63,921 bases of DNA from Dicyema japonicum (GCA_011109175.1 RDEW01000003.1:913071-976991), one strand, 5' to 3'; shown: positions 13,001-26,599, counted from the first letter of the stretch. The notes: generated from the letters alone by a model not told the origin. Numbers and translations: made by a program.

Positions 13001-13467
13001 AACAAGTTAGTGATATCAATACCAATTATAATCCTTGTTGCTGGCTTGGAATGCACATGGTTGTCTGCAAACGATCATAACTGTGTTTTCTTGTTTTCCT
13101 GGGATATAACCGAGTGCAAAGACGTTCTTAAATCCACAGAGGTAGCATTCAAGGGCCAACTCTCCCAGATGACTATTCGGATGAAGAGTGATCTCCTTTG
13201 TCTTTGATCTGACCAAATGGTTTATTATGTGACTTCCAGAACTCAATCCTCTGTCGTTACAAAACCATTTTTTGCTCTGAGAACAAAGTGCGACACAATT
13301 TGGATCAAATATTCCACAGTACGCACAAGCATAAGGAGAGTAGGTTCTTTCTTGGTATCATCAAAAGTAAGCGCTTTGACTTTATTAGCTAGATATTCTT
13401 CACTTTCTTGTGAATATAATGAAAAGCTTTCGTATTCGCCATCGAAGTAACTAAAACTTTGTGACAT
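10093..13467 (-). CDS. UPF1: UPF1/RENT1 NMD helicase, about 15 introns
   Basis: CH domain [63 protein letters not shown] and an SQ-rich tail ending at TAA (10093-10095). Four single-base run under-calls must be repaired. Confidence 0.97.
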
Positions 13468-13714
13468 CAGAAAGTATCAACTAACAATAATTTTCAAAAA
13501 TTCTATTAATTTTAGCTATTAAATGAAAATAAATTATTTAATAAATATTTTTAGCAAAATAATTGTTTTACGATATCAATAAAAATATAAAATTTTATTT
13601 AAATTAATTTTTTTAATTTTATCTGACTAATTAAAAATTCCAAAACTAAAGTTTGGTTGAGTGTTTGACAGCTCTCTAATAATGTCTGTCTTTATCGTAC
13701 TCTTAGTCTGTTCT

Positions 13715-13900
13715 ATCCTATTTAAAATTTCAACTTTCAACGTCAGAAGACTCGCTAGAGAAATAAACCTTATGCATGAATCGAGGAGAAAAGTTACATT
13801 GAGGAAACTAATAGAACGGATAGTGAAGAGCACGCTACAGACGGAATCCTATGTATTCATATGTTTATGGGTAACGCGGGAGTGCAAGCTAGTATATTTC
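13715..13900 (+). mobile_element. Degenerate AP-endonuclease fragment (non-LTR)
   Basis: KISTFNVRRL followed in a shifted frame by IEET and GNAGV, resembling APE motifs I-III. Confidence 0.35.
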
Positions 13901-13964
13901 TTTTAAAATATTAAGCTTTTGCAGCACCGTGTTTATATAATTTTCTACAATTAACAATCGCGTA

Positions 13965-14180
13965 CCGCCATGTGGTGCTACGTGGATAGTTTGTCAAAAT
14001 TATTTTCCTTCCGATGTGACTGGGTCCACTTTACTGAGGAGGCGCTCAATGCCTGGCCGGCATCGAGAGGATCCAACAATTCTTCCCCGGGGACAACGTC
14101 ATTACCTGGTGACAAGTTCTAGAATGCTGAAACGAGTCAGGATCGAGGAGTTAGTTTGGTTACCCTTGGTCTTTGGAAAT
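13965..14180 (+). repeat. Dispersed repeat U copy
   Basis: ggcgctcaatgcc and gttagtttggttacccttggtctttggaa match the reverse complement of 9265-9460. Confidence 0.6.
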
Positions 14181-14244
14181 AATTTTTAATTTTTACAATA
14201 GTCTATCAACTAAATTTTAATTTCCTTTATGTTAAAAAACTGCA

Positions 14245-14508
14245 CTTATACGCAGAGCCATATTAGCTATAGCCCCGCTCAGGCATGACACACACTTTAT
14301 TTAAGTAAAGAACAGTTATTATAACTAATCATAAAGGAGAACCAAGGGCTCTTCACTTCTTTTTGTTGGGTGTATGTTTTTGCTGGTATAACGATCCGGT
14401 TTCGCTGTGAAATTTTCAGCGTCACTCGTAAAACCAAAGCATCGTAGATGCGTGGAACCTTCAACTGAAATGTACAGCAGTGAAATTCGAACTAGGCACC
14501 CGACACAT
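14245..14508 (-). mobile_element. SINE family A copy
   Basis: Reverse complement reads gtgtcggg..agttcgaatt (B box) ..gttgaaggttccacgcatctacgatgc..aataaagtgtgtgtcatgcct. Confidence 0.75.
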
Positions 14509-15408
14509 GTCATTCATATTAAAAGAACATAAATTATTCTATTTTGGAGTCATTTTTATTTTTTTAATTTAATATTCCATGTGAACATCTCATTGATCTT
14601 CTTCCGTTTTGTCTATGTATTTCATTTTATATTATTAACTAGAATCTTGGTTGAGGTGGTGACGTCCCTCTTTTTCACTCTGTCTAATACACACCCTACC
14701 TTAAACAAGAACCTAAAAAATGTCAAAATTCAACTGGAAAATTTTCATGACTTAGACGGCCTCCGAAAAATCGCAATCTCAAGAGGAGCGTGCAGGCGTA
14801 TGACTACAAAGATTATCCGGGCTGCGGTACAAGCGACGTCAATTGATTAAGTTTCTTGTTGCGGATGAGCATAATAATGAGACTACTAAGGAAAAGTGAA
14901 ATGACACCTTGTTAATATGTGCGCACATTCCTCGTGATGTCTTAAACCGTATCACATACTGTCCTTATACGTCCTTATACGCCAATCCATAAGTCTTCCA
15001 AGCTTAAGAACAATTCTGCAACATTTCGGCCCATCTCTTAACTTATCAAAATTATCATGTGGTTCGCCTTGTCTGGTGGCGTCAGATACAAGTCAAAAGT
15101 GTATCCAAAAAGAACCATTTGTCAACTACCATCCAGAGGAGTTCCCCCTGGACGGCTCTTTACACATCCGGGCACTTTTCCGGTGGAGACTCGTCATGTC
15201 AAGAGAATGAGCAGGGAAGCAATCGGAACACTGAGAAAAAATGCGGAGATTGTAGAGGGAGGCTGGGATCATTAGAAATTTTGTTTATTTTGGATATGAC
15301 GGTGGTTTTGGTTCAATAAATTAAATTAATTAATTTAATTGGTGTTCTTGGGTTAAAAATAATAATTAAGATATATTAAAAAATAAAATTTTAAATTTCA
15401 AATCACAT

Positions 15409-18400
15409 ATGTCCTCATGTGACTACATACTAGATCTGATTTTGAAAGCTCAGTTAGAAGATGATGTAACTAATAAACGGAACTATTTAATTGAGGTTAG
15501 TTGAATATAAACAAATTTAGGCACAAAGATTAATCTTTATTGAGGACTCGAAAGAAATGATTCTCTGCGTAGAAGAAATACTTGAAATGAGTGGAGATCC
15601 TCAAATAAAAGACTTCATTTTAGATTTTATAGAAAATTTAGAGTTTTATTTATTGTAAATTTAAGTTCAAAATATCCTCTACTCCTTCATGGCACGATTC
15701 CATTACTCAAAATTCTAATTTCGGACTATTCCCCTGACATTGCTTATAAAACGTTGAATAAAATCGTCCTTATTCTTTCCATCTCCAAGGTTATTAAAAT
15801 ATTCAATTTAAAGGAAAATTCGTCTTTTTTGACCCACGAAAGCAAAAATGAGCTGATTGCAGTAAATTCGTGGATTTTATCCGACCTGCTATTAACCGCT
15901 CAAAATGAAAGGTAGATTTACTTTCATTTTACTAAAAAATGTCTTATTTTCGATTTATTAATTTTTTCCTTATTTTTAGCTTTCTTTCCAAGTCGTTAAA
16001 TATGTTCAGTCTGTGTGCTTGATTGGACTAAACGTCGTTGTTCCGACTGTTGATAAGGCTGAGGCTGTAATAACAAGCTTGGCTAGACTGCTATCTAATA
16101 AATACTGTGAAATGAAGTATTTTTTATATTTAACGATTAGAACCAATTTGATTACCTGTGTACTTACTACGATCATCCAAATTACATTCAAATATTCCAG
16201 TCTTTTGGAACCAGCGCTGATTCTTCTACACAAATTTGTAAACTTTACTATATAGCTAAAATTTACTTTTATTTTATGAAAGTCAATTAAGACTGTTCAC
16301 TCAACTCAGTTTATTCGAAATTTTATTGTTACCGCTGCTTATTTTCGAAAGTTGAGAATTTAATTTTTTGTCACACTTAATAAAATTTATTCAAAATTTT
16401 ATTTATTTTTTAATTTAGAATATTTTTTTAATTAATTTTAAAGTAATTTTTTATATTTGTTTTGCTGATCGCTTAAAGTATATTTTAATTCATTTTAATG
16501 TTATTATTTTAGACTGACCAGTTTTTGAAATTTAATGAACCCTCAAGCTTGAGTTATATAAGTTACTTCAATATTTTAAAACCTTGCATAATCTCATTGA
16601 TAAGTCGTAGGAAATCGAACGAATTGGATAAACATTTCGGTGATTTGTTATTACGATGTGGACTAAATATTGATGATGTAATAGTTGAACTATAACCTAG
16701 ATTCATAAAATCCTAAACAACTCTTGTAAAAGAAGAAATATGGGTAAAACCTCTTCCCCTGCCAAAGTCGTGAAAACTGACGTTCAATTTTTCTTATTAT
16801 CAGAGTAATCGGGAAATACCGTCAGATTTTGTTAAAATTGAGCCAGAAGTCACAAAATTGCACGTTTTAAAGTTAAATGACAAGGAATTGAAAGAACAGT
16901 GCCTTTCTGCGCTTTCGAGAATTTTGTCATCAAAAAGTACCCAATTATATAATTTCATTCTAGGCTACGGTCACTTTTCAGTTGAGGAAAAACTTCACAT
17001 TGCTAGCAGAGTTTCCATTTTACATGGATCTGACTTTCGTGCCGGTTTATAATTTTCCATTAACGACTAGTATTACTCCAGTATATATTGGATGACGTGA
17101 GAAACAACGGAGACTTGGCAATCACGTGGCTTTACCATGAATATACTGGTAAGTATGGAAGCGATTCATACGACGAGTGTCTGACCGGTCTTCTGTATTC
17201 TCTGTTTATGAGAGAAGAGAAAAAAGAAGGGTTGGATTACTTAGCTTATTTTAGTTTATTTTCACGTATTTTGCTGGAATGTCCGCTAATTACCGAAAAT
17301 GCCTTAAAGATAATGGGTTTGTACTGCCAAGATGAGGTATTTCCTGTCCATTTAAGGTCTCTAGAATCGAGCCTTCATGGGAATATCAACTGTGAAGGAT
17401 GTGATCCTCAAGAGACCAGGCATTCGGGCTCAGTGTCTTGACTACCTTCTTCAGTTTAGTTTCTCCCTAAATAACGCCGTATTCAACTTTGAAATTTTAG
17501 ATTCGAACGAATTCCATATTTGTTTTGAAAAGTCTGAAAGATCACAAAACGTTCTTTAGTGAAAAAATTTTGGTTTCTATTTTTTAATATTTGCAGAATT
17601 TTGCGTCCGACAAATTTAATTGTCTGACACGTGACCTACCTTCGATAGTGAACAGGAAGCCAAAGACTTCGGAGGTTAATTCCTTTTCTACTAATTAGTC
17701 GATGAGAATGTTTGGAGTGATGCCCTCCTAGTTTGTTTCTCGGCTCTGTTTTTCTCAATTTTGCCTGAAAATCCTGAACTTTTAAATAAGTTCTCTATTT
17801 TTTATTTTTCTGCAGTTTGGTTAACGTCTTTGTGCTTTCTGGAGATAAAAAATCGTTCCTGCTTAAACAAGTGGATGATGTTATAAAGACGTGGGGATTT
17901 CCTGTCTCAGGTTCTCCAAATTCTAAAGAATCATCCAACTGGAGCTTCGATGCTCATAATTCGTATTATTTGTGTTCTTGGAGCTGAAGGTTATTTTTAA
18001 AGACATTTTAGATGCTGAGATTTCTGGTCCCTTCATTGACGCAGTCCTCAAGTCATACCGACATCATAATTGTGACATTAGGTTTTTAATACCTGTCATT
18101 TCCTGGTTGGATAAGGTTCTTCTATTTTGTTCCTCTAGGATGATGTTCTCAACGTTCTTCCGAGAATTCTGTCTCTGCCGAATACAGTTGTGCACAAAGT
18201 TCTAACAAAAATTGTGTCCCACCGTCGTTCTGATAGTTGCTGACATTTATTTCACGTCTAAGATTTGTCTACAAGTCCGTCTGATCTGTTTATTGCCCTT
18301 CATTTCATACAGAATGACAGTTGTAGCCTAAAGAACGTCATTGAGGGTTGTTTGTAGTATTTTAGTGTAGCATGCGATTGGTGCATTTCGAACACCAAAG

Positions 18401-19012
18401 TTTTTACAGAAACAGTTCTCGTGTTTTGTCTTCAGCATTTAATCACTTATGATGTCTTGCCTTCCATTCTTATGAGGACTGTAATTCGCTGTCATATTGC
18501 TCACCCCTCTCTACTAGGGTTTGTCATCAATTACATGCAGCAGTTGATTACCAAACAGGTTTCCATGACGATGATTGTAGGTTTGGAAGGACAATTCCCT
18601 TTGGAAGGGATTTATCAAATGCTGTAAAAGAACGAGACCCAGTCAATGGCTGTTTTGCTACAACTACCTCAGGATTATTTTCTGATGTAATTAAGACCGA
18701 AAACGAGTTGGCAAGGTCTCTTAAAATTTATATTTCTCAAATGACTAAGTCTCAGGTTTTTGGTTCTGATTTTAGAAATCGAGGATTCCGTCTTCAATGA
18801 TAAAAATTGTTGATCAGGTGTACGCTAAACTGGAATATGGCGAAGACTTTGATCTCAATGAATTCGAATCCAAGGAAGAGGCGAGAAATAGTGATGTGGT
18901 AGTCAATGATGGCGTTCAGATTGAGACTATTGGAGGAGACGATGTTCCGTTTGATTTTGCTGATGGGGACAATACCTTTACTGAGTCTTTTTCTGACTTA
19001 TTTGATGTCTAG
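15409..19012 (+). CDS. SYMPK: Symplekin (cleavage/polyadenylation scaffold), multi-exon
   Basis: LPSILMRTVI..PSLLGFV..LITKQ..W..W.GFIKCCKRTRP matches the symplekin C-terminus. Also DLAITWLYHEY, YDECL.GLL and LLECPLIT. The N-terminal HEAT-like region starts at ATG 15409. Confidence 0.88.
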
Positions 19013-19234
19013 ACTTTTTTTTATCATTTAACTTTTAAAAAATTTAGTATGCGTTCTTAAAGTAATCTAATTCACATTTCACCTAAGAATTACGAATTAA
19101 ACAATTTCCATTTAAAAATATCATCAATTTGTTGGAAGGTTGAGATGGTGGTGTGCTTCTATTTTACGGAATATCTGAATTAAAGCTCAGGTAATAGGGG
19201 TACGTCACCACGTCAATTTTCCGACCAATTAACG

Positions 19235-19711
19235 ACTTACACTTCATAGAAGGCCTTGAACGAAGTCGTTAGGCGAGCCTTGGACGTTGCCAGACATCCC
19301 TCCATGCTCTAACCAGTCGGTCTTTTCAGACGTGACTGAAAACGACCAGGTTGAATGACAATCTTTTGAAGCCGGGAAACCTCTTGTCTGGGAAATCACT
19401 TGTACCGACACTTTTGCCTCTTGCAACCTACTCCAGAGTGCCTCCGGAGCGTGTTCTGTCGCTGAGTAGGCCGAGAGGTTAAAACGGGCAAACTAAAGTA
19501 CACGGTCCTATCCAATGATTTTTTGTTAGTTCCACTCGCTGTTGAGACATATGGTTCCTTTGCGCCTGCGACGCTGGAATTCTTGAGTCGTCTAGGGAAT
19601 CGGATTTCTACAAAATCAGGAGACCCCTGTGAGCGCTGCTGGTTATTTGCGCGAATCTCGCTCGCCATCCTGAAAGGGAATAGCCAAGCATTCAGGGCGG
19701 CCAATATATGA
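19235..19711 (+). mobile_element. CRE-like element 3' part
   Basis: LVPLAVETYGSFAPATLEFLSRLGNRISTKSGDPCERCWLFARISLAILKGN, with EP..L....KRPDG upstream. Confidence 0.75.
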
Positions 19712-19801
19712 CCATTTGCTCACTTTTTTATTCCTTAATTAATTTTATATAATTAATAATGTCAGATAAGAAAATTTAAAATTAAATTATTTATTTATTT
19801 C

Positions 19802-20398
19802 ATGAAGAGTGGGGTTGTTTTTGTGACAGTTGGAACAACTAGATTCGACGCTTTAATTGCTGCTGTTTTATCAGAGAGAATGAACAAGGTGACCAACAAA
19901 CGTTTATTAATAAGTTCTTTAGTAAAAATAATTTCACCAAACTAATAATTCAGCATGGAAACACCCAATTTGATAATTTTGATAATAATTTAACCAACAT
20001 CGAAGTCGTATCATACGAGTAACCCATTTAAATAAAGAAAGCTACAAGCCGTCAATCAAGTATGACATCGAAACTGCTGATCTTGTAATTGGCCACGCCG
20101 GTATTTTTGAATTGCGTAAAATTAAAGGAGCTGGAACGATCTTAGAGACTCTTGAAGCAGGTGTTGCCATGGTGATAGTGGTGAATGAATCATTGATGAA
20201 CAATCATCAATTTGAATTGGCTCAACAGCTTTATGAGGACAATTATTTGTTATACACAACCTTAAAGTACATTTTTGTTTAAAAATCAGTGATTTATTTG
20301 ATTTTCTTGACAAAGCTGATTTTTCTACCTTGAAGAAATTCGAAAAAGGAAATCCGGATTTATTCGCTGCTCATTTGAATAGACTCATTCGAAATTAA
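19802..20398 (+). CDS. ALG13: ALG13 UDP-GlcNAc transferase catalytic subunit (short form)
   Basis: [50 protein letters not shown]. Tiny introns; stop TAA at 20396-20398. Confidence 0.93.
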
Positions 20399-20499
20399 TT
20401 TTTTTTAATTTTTAAATTTGTCAAAATATTTAAAATTTCTGAATTTTCTAAAATTTATTTAATAGTTTGAGCTAAGACCAGTCTCCAAGTAATTAATTG

Positions 20500-20620
20500 G
20501 TAGGAAAGTTAAGGTGGTGACTTATTTCTATCACTTGAAATGTCTATGAAGGCGCTCATCTTCCTTCTTCTCGTGAGCATAAACGAGATGAACGACTCAG
20601 GAGACATCAGCAATCATGAA
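20500..20620. repeat. Dispersed repeat V
   Basis: Aligns with 44930-45055 (tgaaatgtc, cttcmttcttctygtgagcat, ggagacat). Confidence 0.5.
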
Positions 20621-20831
20621 CTTCAGAATAAAAGAAGTGTTGGATGGACAACACACAGTGGCTTTTTAAATTGATCTCAATGCCTACATGAGAGGCAATG
20701 TGAGAATTTACATTTTTGTGACTTAAAATATATAAATCCAGAATATTTTTAAGAACATTGATTTTTTAGTTTTTAATAAATAAATTTATTGTAAAATAAC
20801 AACTTTTACTGTTTCTTTAGTTATAAATACT

Positions 20832-23800
20832 TTAAATTCTTTTATCCTTGATTTTAAATATTGGAAGTGACTTTATAAAATATTTAATACACTTTTCATC
20901 TTCAAGTTCAAATAAATATTTTTCAATGTCTCGAAAGCATACGTCAAAATCACTCATTATTTTATCAAATAGTAATATTGTGGGAGAAGTAGTATAAACG
21001 GGGGATATAGTTTCCAGTAGTTCACTCAGTTCTTTTTCAAGGCCTATCATTATGTTGACTAAAACTAACCAAATCCCTTAGCTAAAGCACGAAGTCCTTT
21101 AAAGTCATCCTCAATGCTGTCGTAGCTTCTAGCGATGTTCTTCAAAGTTATAAAATTCAGAGATCTGATGGGAGTATCACAGCCAAACAGCAAAGTGAAG
21201 TCATTATCGAAATATTCTGTGTTTCCCAACACGGCTAGCCAATCGGCAGTGTCACGTTTCATCACCATTTCGTCAAAATCCAGCAAAGAAGGGATTATCT
21301 AATAAATCATAACACGACAACTTCCAGATTAGAATAGAGTTCAGGATTATCCCCAATCGTAATTTGAGAACTGTTCATCAAATATTGAATCACGGAAACA
21401 CTCGGGTAGTAACTTACAACGGATTTTGATACGAGAGCGGTTAAATTATCAAGAAAATCTAAATTGCTGTGTTGGCGGCAGGACCGTACTGAAATCTCAA
21501 TTTCCTACAATTTATAGCTTTTTAAACTCTCTCCGTCCTTAGGCCGACAAATGCCTCGAATTGAGGACAGAAAATTCTCAGGCCGTATTTCCACGACGTT
21601 ATCTGGTCGAATTCTAAAATGGCCAACAACCTTGTGAACGGACATCTTTCAAATGAAACTTTTAAAAACCTTGATTGTTGGAAATGCTATTTTAAAACTG
21701 AAGGACATCTCCTCATTCCGAGAATCGCATAGGCAAGCCGTTAATAGAACTCCTGAAGCTGAATAGGACGAAACTGTGGGTAAGCATCCAACAATTTCTT
21801 CAACCTCGTTAAGGCCAAGGATCTCATATTTATTTTCACCGACTCTAACAAGTCACAAAAACTATTTTTACTTTAAACAAACGTTGAAAGCTTCCAGCAA
21901 AGATATAATCTGATGAGAATTCGCATAGCTCCAGAAGAGATAGAAATCCTCACTACCATAGGTTCCGTCGGTTAATGGTCTAATTTGTTTGCTATTTTCT
22001 GGGTTCACTGAAAGAACACGTGTCAGTAAAACTGAAGTAAACCAATTGATGTCAATAATGACAAAATGTGACTCCAAGTCGTTTCCTATGCAGAGAATCT
22101 CTCCAACAAGCTGAAGCTGTTGTACAACTTCTATCAAGTGTTCTTCCAAGCAAAGAGGGTTAATGTCGTAAATCAGCTTTTAAATTGTGTTGATGAAAAA
22201 ACTGGGTATTGACCTTTTCTCTGACGTCTTTCAGTCGATTGCAAATTGTCTTGATTATTCTCCTCTTATCTGCTATTTTCTAAATTATCTTTAAGTTTTT
22301 ACTGAGACGATTCGATAAGCCTGGGATTTCAGGGCACTTTTAATATTCTGTATCGTCTTTACGTTCCTGTTTGAGGTGGATAGCTCATCTGAAAGAAATA
22401 TGGGTATAAATGGAAATTGGCCGAAAATATGGTCTGTAGTTCATCAATGATCATTTTTAGGTTTGCTGTGGGTTTATCGGCCTCATCCTGAAATATTCCA
22501 ACGATCATTGAGTTTATTTTAGTTTTCGACTGTCCAGAAAATCCTTAAAATATTCAAAGGAAATTCAACCAATGTCAGTCAAATTTGTCCGGGCTTGGAT
22601 GAACTTCAGCCAGAATTTAATGGATTTAAATATGGTCAGAGTATCTGACTTAATGTCCACAACTATCATATAAAGACAGTTTGGATTTCCTATGAAACGA
22701 TCGTAAATTGAGAAGAATTTTTCATCCCCCGAAAACTCCCAAATGTTGTAGTCGAAGGGTTCTACCAATATTATTAAACATCAACCCAAGAAATCCCGAT
22801 TACTTATGCTTATTACTTTGCTTGGTTCGCTGAAAGGGAAGGGTCCAATTTGATTCAAACTTTCAACTCGTTTTCTAACCTCCTCAATGTCTCATTTTGA
22901 ATAATTTCAAGAAAACCTTTCGAACTGTCGTCATGTTGGATCGTCATGAGTCTCTTTATCATAGAAGGCCGTGATTTCAAGGTAATCAAGTCAATTAAAA
23001 AACTCTTCCCCACTCCTTTGAACCCCAAAACTTTCAACTTCACACGATTACGTTTTTTATTTGTTATTAGCAGTTGTTCAATGAAAATCAATTTGTTTTT
23101 CTAAAAATTATTCCGCACTCAACGTAGTTCGAAACTCTAGTAAGCAGGTCGACTATTTCTTTGAATCCACGTGCTTCCGCGTAGTCGATCGGCTTTTTCC
23201 CTGCCTATTAAATTCCCGAAAGAAACTACGTTGTTTTTAATTCCAGGATCCGATCCATGTAAAATCAACTTACGGCAGATTTCTGCTTGACCTTCCTGAG
23301 CAGCCAAATGAAGCGGTGTATTGCCATTCTAAAACCAATAAGCACATTAAAATAACGTTAGCAAGCATAAATGACTGTGAGCACTATCTATGCTTACATA
23401 TCTTTAATTATAGCAGCACAGCTGTAATTTATTGATTACCAATGTTATTTCATCACATGCCGTTCCAGCAAGAGCATCGACGACTCTTTCCAATCCATTC
23501 TGAGCCGCCTCGTGGAGTGCTGTATACCCAAACTGCCGTCTTTACTTGAATGTACCATATTTGGAAGATTAACGTCACATTTTGCGCGAAGTAAGGCAAG
23601 AGCCGTGTCCGACTCATATTTTGACAGGCTAAAACTAGTGCCGTGTTGGACATCTTAATAAAATGTAAACATACAAGGAATTACTCGGTCTTTGGTGTTC
23701 AAGGGCAGATTATCACATTCAAATATATTTCTTGACATTCTTTATTTTTTGTGAGAATTAAAATGTGTAATATCGTGTTTCTGTCCTAGAAATCAGATTG

Positions 23801-25599
23801 GGTAAGGTAAACCAAAGTTTGAGCAGTCACATCAGCCCCATAGCTAAGAAGAATGTCAAATATACTCGCAAAACCCAACTCAACAGCCCAATGAAGTGGA
23901 GTTTTGCCATTCTTTGAAATTGACAACTAAAAGCACTTTGTCTGAAATATTCAACATATTCATATTTTCCATAGCCTCACATATTATGGATGTGATTTCA
24001 CTGGAACCACCTTGAACTGCTCTACAAAGCACGGTTTCCGAATACTCAGAGTTAGGATAGAATCCACTACTTTGTTTATTAAGCTAAGGTAGTCCACGAA
24101 ATCTGGCTCGTTCATTATGCGGGAGAAAATGAGCTTGAAAATTCCGCAATTCCCAGTTTTGCAAGCAATGTGCAAAATATTATCCCCACTGTACGTCAAC
24201 AGCTCAACTGGATATGTGTATGTAGTAGATAATCGATGGCCTCCGTAAATTCTAATTCCACCGCCAACAGAAGGAGGTTGTAGCCTTCCTGTTTATTAGT
24301 AAACTCGTAAATTACATTGTCTTCAGAATTAATGGAAACTTTGGACCTGGAAACGATAAATTCTAAGGATGCCAAAGATTTGCAGTAAAGTGAGTCGAAT
24401 AGGCCACAATTCACAATATTCATGTTGTCCGTCTTTACATTTTTATGCAAAATTTGTCGGATTATTCTCAAATTGGTGCATTTTATTATAATTTCAGTGA
24501 CATTCTGAAATTCCACTAAAATTCACTACTTTCCAATATTTGAGGATCTCAGATGAGCGTAGTTTATTACAAAATGAGTTTTCTTTGGATAAATGTGCAT
24601 TTTTATCCACTTGAAGCTACAAGTTTACAAAATGGACTAAACCGTCATCCACGGGTGGTCCAAACAGTTGCCCGCGTCGTATCTCATACTACATGGTTGT
24701 GGTCAAACAATAATCACCCTGGCGTCTTTAAAAGCAGGCGACTTAAGAAATTAACCGCAGCCTTGCTAATTGGCAAGTTTTTAGAGTCGTCAATAAAGCA
24801 ATCTCCGGCGGAATTAATTTTTTTGAAAATTGAGGATGCCGAGTCTCCGTCGAAGGGGAATTCTCCGGTTAACCTGAAATATATTTTGACACTAACATCG
24901 CGTAAACTATCACTCCAAAAGACCACATATCGCAGCAGAAGATATCACTCCGTGATTCAAAACTTCGGGGGCTTAAAGTTAAAATGAGGATAAACCTACA
25001 TATTGGGGGGTCGCTGCAATTATCTCGTTTTGAGAATTTTGTGTGGTAAAATTCCGTGCGAGACCAAAATCGATAATCTTTATTTCATTTCTTTCATTAA
25101 CAATAATATTTTCTGGCTTAACGTGAAAGTAAAGTCAAACTTTAAGGTCGAGATGCACGATTGACCTTGAATGAATGTACTCGAGGGCTTGAAGGATAAG
25201 CTTTGCTATGTGTTTAATTTCCCGCTCAAAAATGCATTTTTTTCTTATTAAAAATTCAAATAATTCAACTCCCTCGACCCTTGAATTACTAAATTGAATA
25301 ATTTACACATTTCTGTTATTATAACGAGATTATGGTGGTCAAATACGGCATCGAGGATTTTCAAGACGCTGTTATGACCCTTCAAGTGAAGTGTATTCTC
25401 TCTGAAAGTCCGCATAATCAACTCCCCAACGATCGTCAGCATGATTTTTTCGTTTCATGACTTTCGCAGCACAGGTGATATGTAATCCGAAATCACAACA
25501 GAAGACTGTAGAAAAACTTCCTCTTTTGTTAAATAAGTAATGAAACCGCCCTAGTATTTTGTCAGGCTTATAAAGTTCTTTCCAATGGCTAACTTCCAT
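20832..25599 (-). CDS. DAPK: Death-associated protein kinase (kinase, ankyrin repeats, ROC, COR, death domain)
   Basis: Kinase HLDLK/PEN, IIDFGLA and ADMWSFG; ankyrin repeats (GDNILHIAC, GKTPLHWA); ROC P-loop VLGFKGVGKS and WEFSG; COR HFVIIDINW; death-domain-like C-terminus. ATG at 25599. Confidence 0.9.
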
Positions 25600-26599
25600 A
25601 GACAAATATAATTTTTATGAATTGTTTTACAAACTTTAAATAAATTTATTTTAAATTATTCGATAATTAAAATTATTATTAAAAATTTTATTGACAGAAA
25701 ATGTCGTCGTCCATTTGACGAGACCGTACTTCACATTTTTATAATAAAACATAATATTTTACATGATAATGAGATAATGATATCAATTCTCAAGATTAAA
25801 ATTAATAAAAACTTAATTTTTGAAAAAAAAATTCATTTTTATGCTTATTATGTGTCGGGTTGAAATGTCGTAGAATCTAAAATTAGGGTCTAGAGAAGAG
25901 TTTATGAAGAAAATCTGTAGGGTTATTTTTAAGGTTAGGCAGAGGTTTCAAAAAAAATTATTTTAGCGCCACACTAATCGTAGTTGGTTATCCTTTAAAA
26001 CCAAATCTTGTTAAAAAAAGTGTCAATTTTTTGAAGTTGGCTTGTTGTTCTTGTTTCAATGTCAATTTTTTACAACATTGTTAGAATATTGAAAATATTT
26101 GAATTAAGTGAATTAATTTGGACTTAGAATTAAAATGCGTAAGTTTTTTAGGAAAATTGTTGAGCCTAAACAATGTGTTGAAATGCTAAGAATTAGTCGA
26201 TATTCTCCTGTCGTGATTCAAAATAAGCAGATTTGTCGAGAAAATAATGTCTAAAAGAAGATGATGGAAATTTGACGAAGAGGAGATCAAAATTGGAGAT
26301 TGTGTTTGTTTCGTCATGAAGCAGATGCTAACATGCAAAATAGAAAATGCCCGCAATATGAGCAATTGTATGTAAGAAAGTACATCGTTATTTGTGGGAG
26401 AATGAAAATTTCACAATACACGGAGAAGATGGAAAATTTATAAAAAAATGTGCATTTCTCAAGATTAAAAATAATAAAAACTAAGGTAATTTCGAAGGTG
26501 AAAAATTTCCCATAAAATGGTCGTACAGGGAATGCGTCGGTTCTCGAGAGAACCACCGGAAATGTTAAGGTACCAAGGATCATCTGATGGCCTCCCTCA

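Noticed and set aside
13661-13906. 81-aa ORF with a hydrophobic N-terminus as a secreted peptide precursor
   Set aside because: It contains APE-like motifs across frames and is more likely LINE debris.
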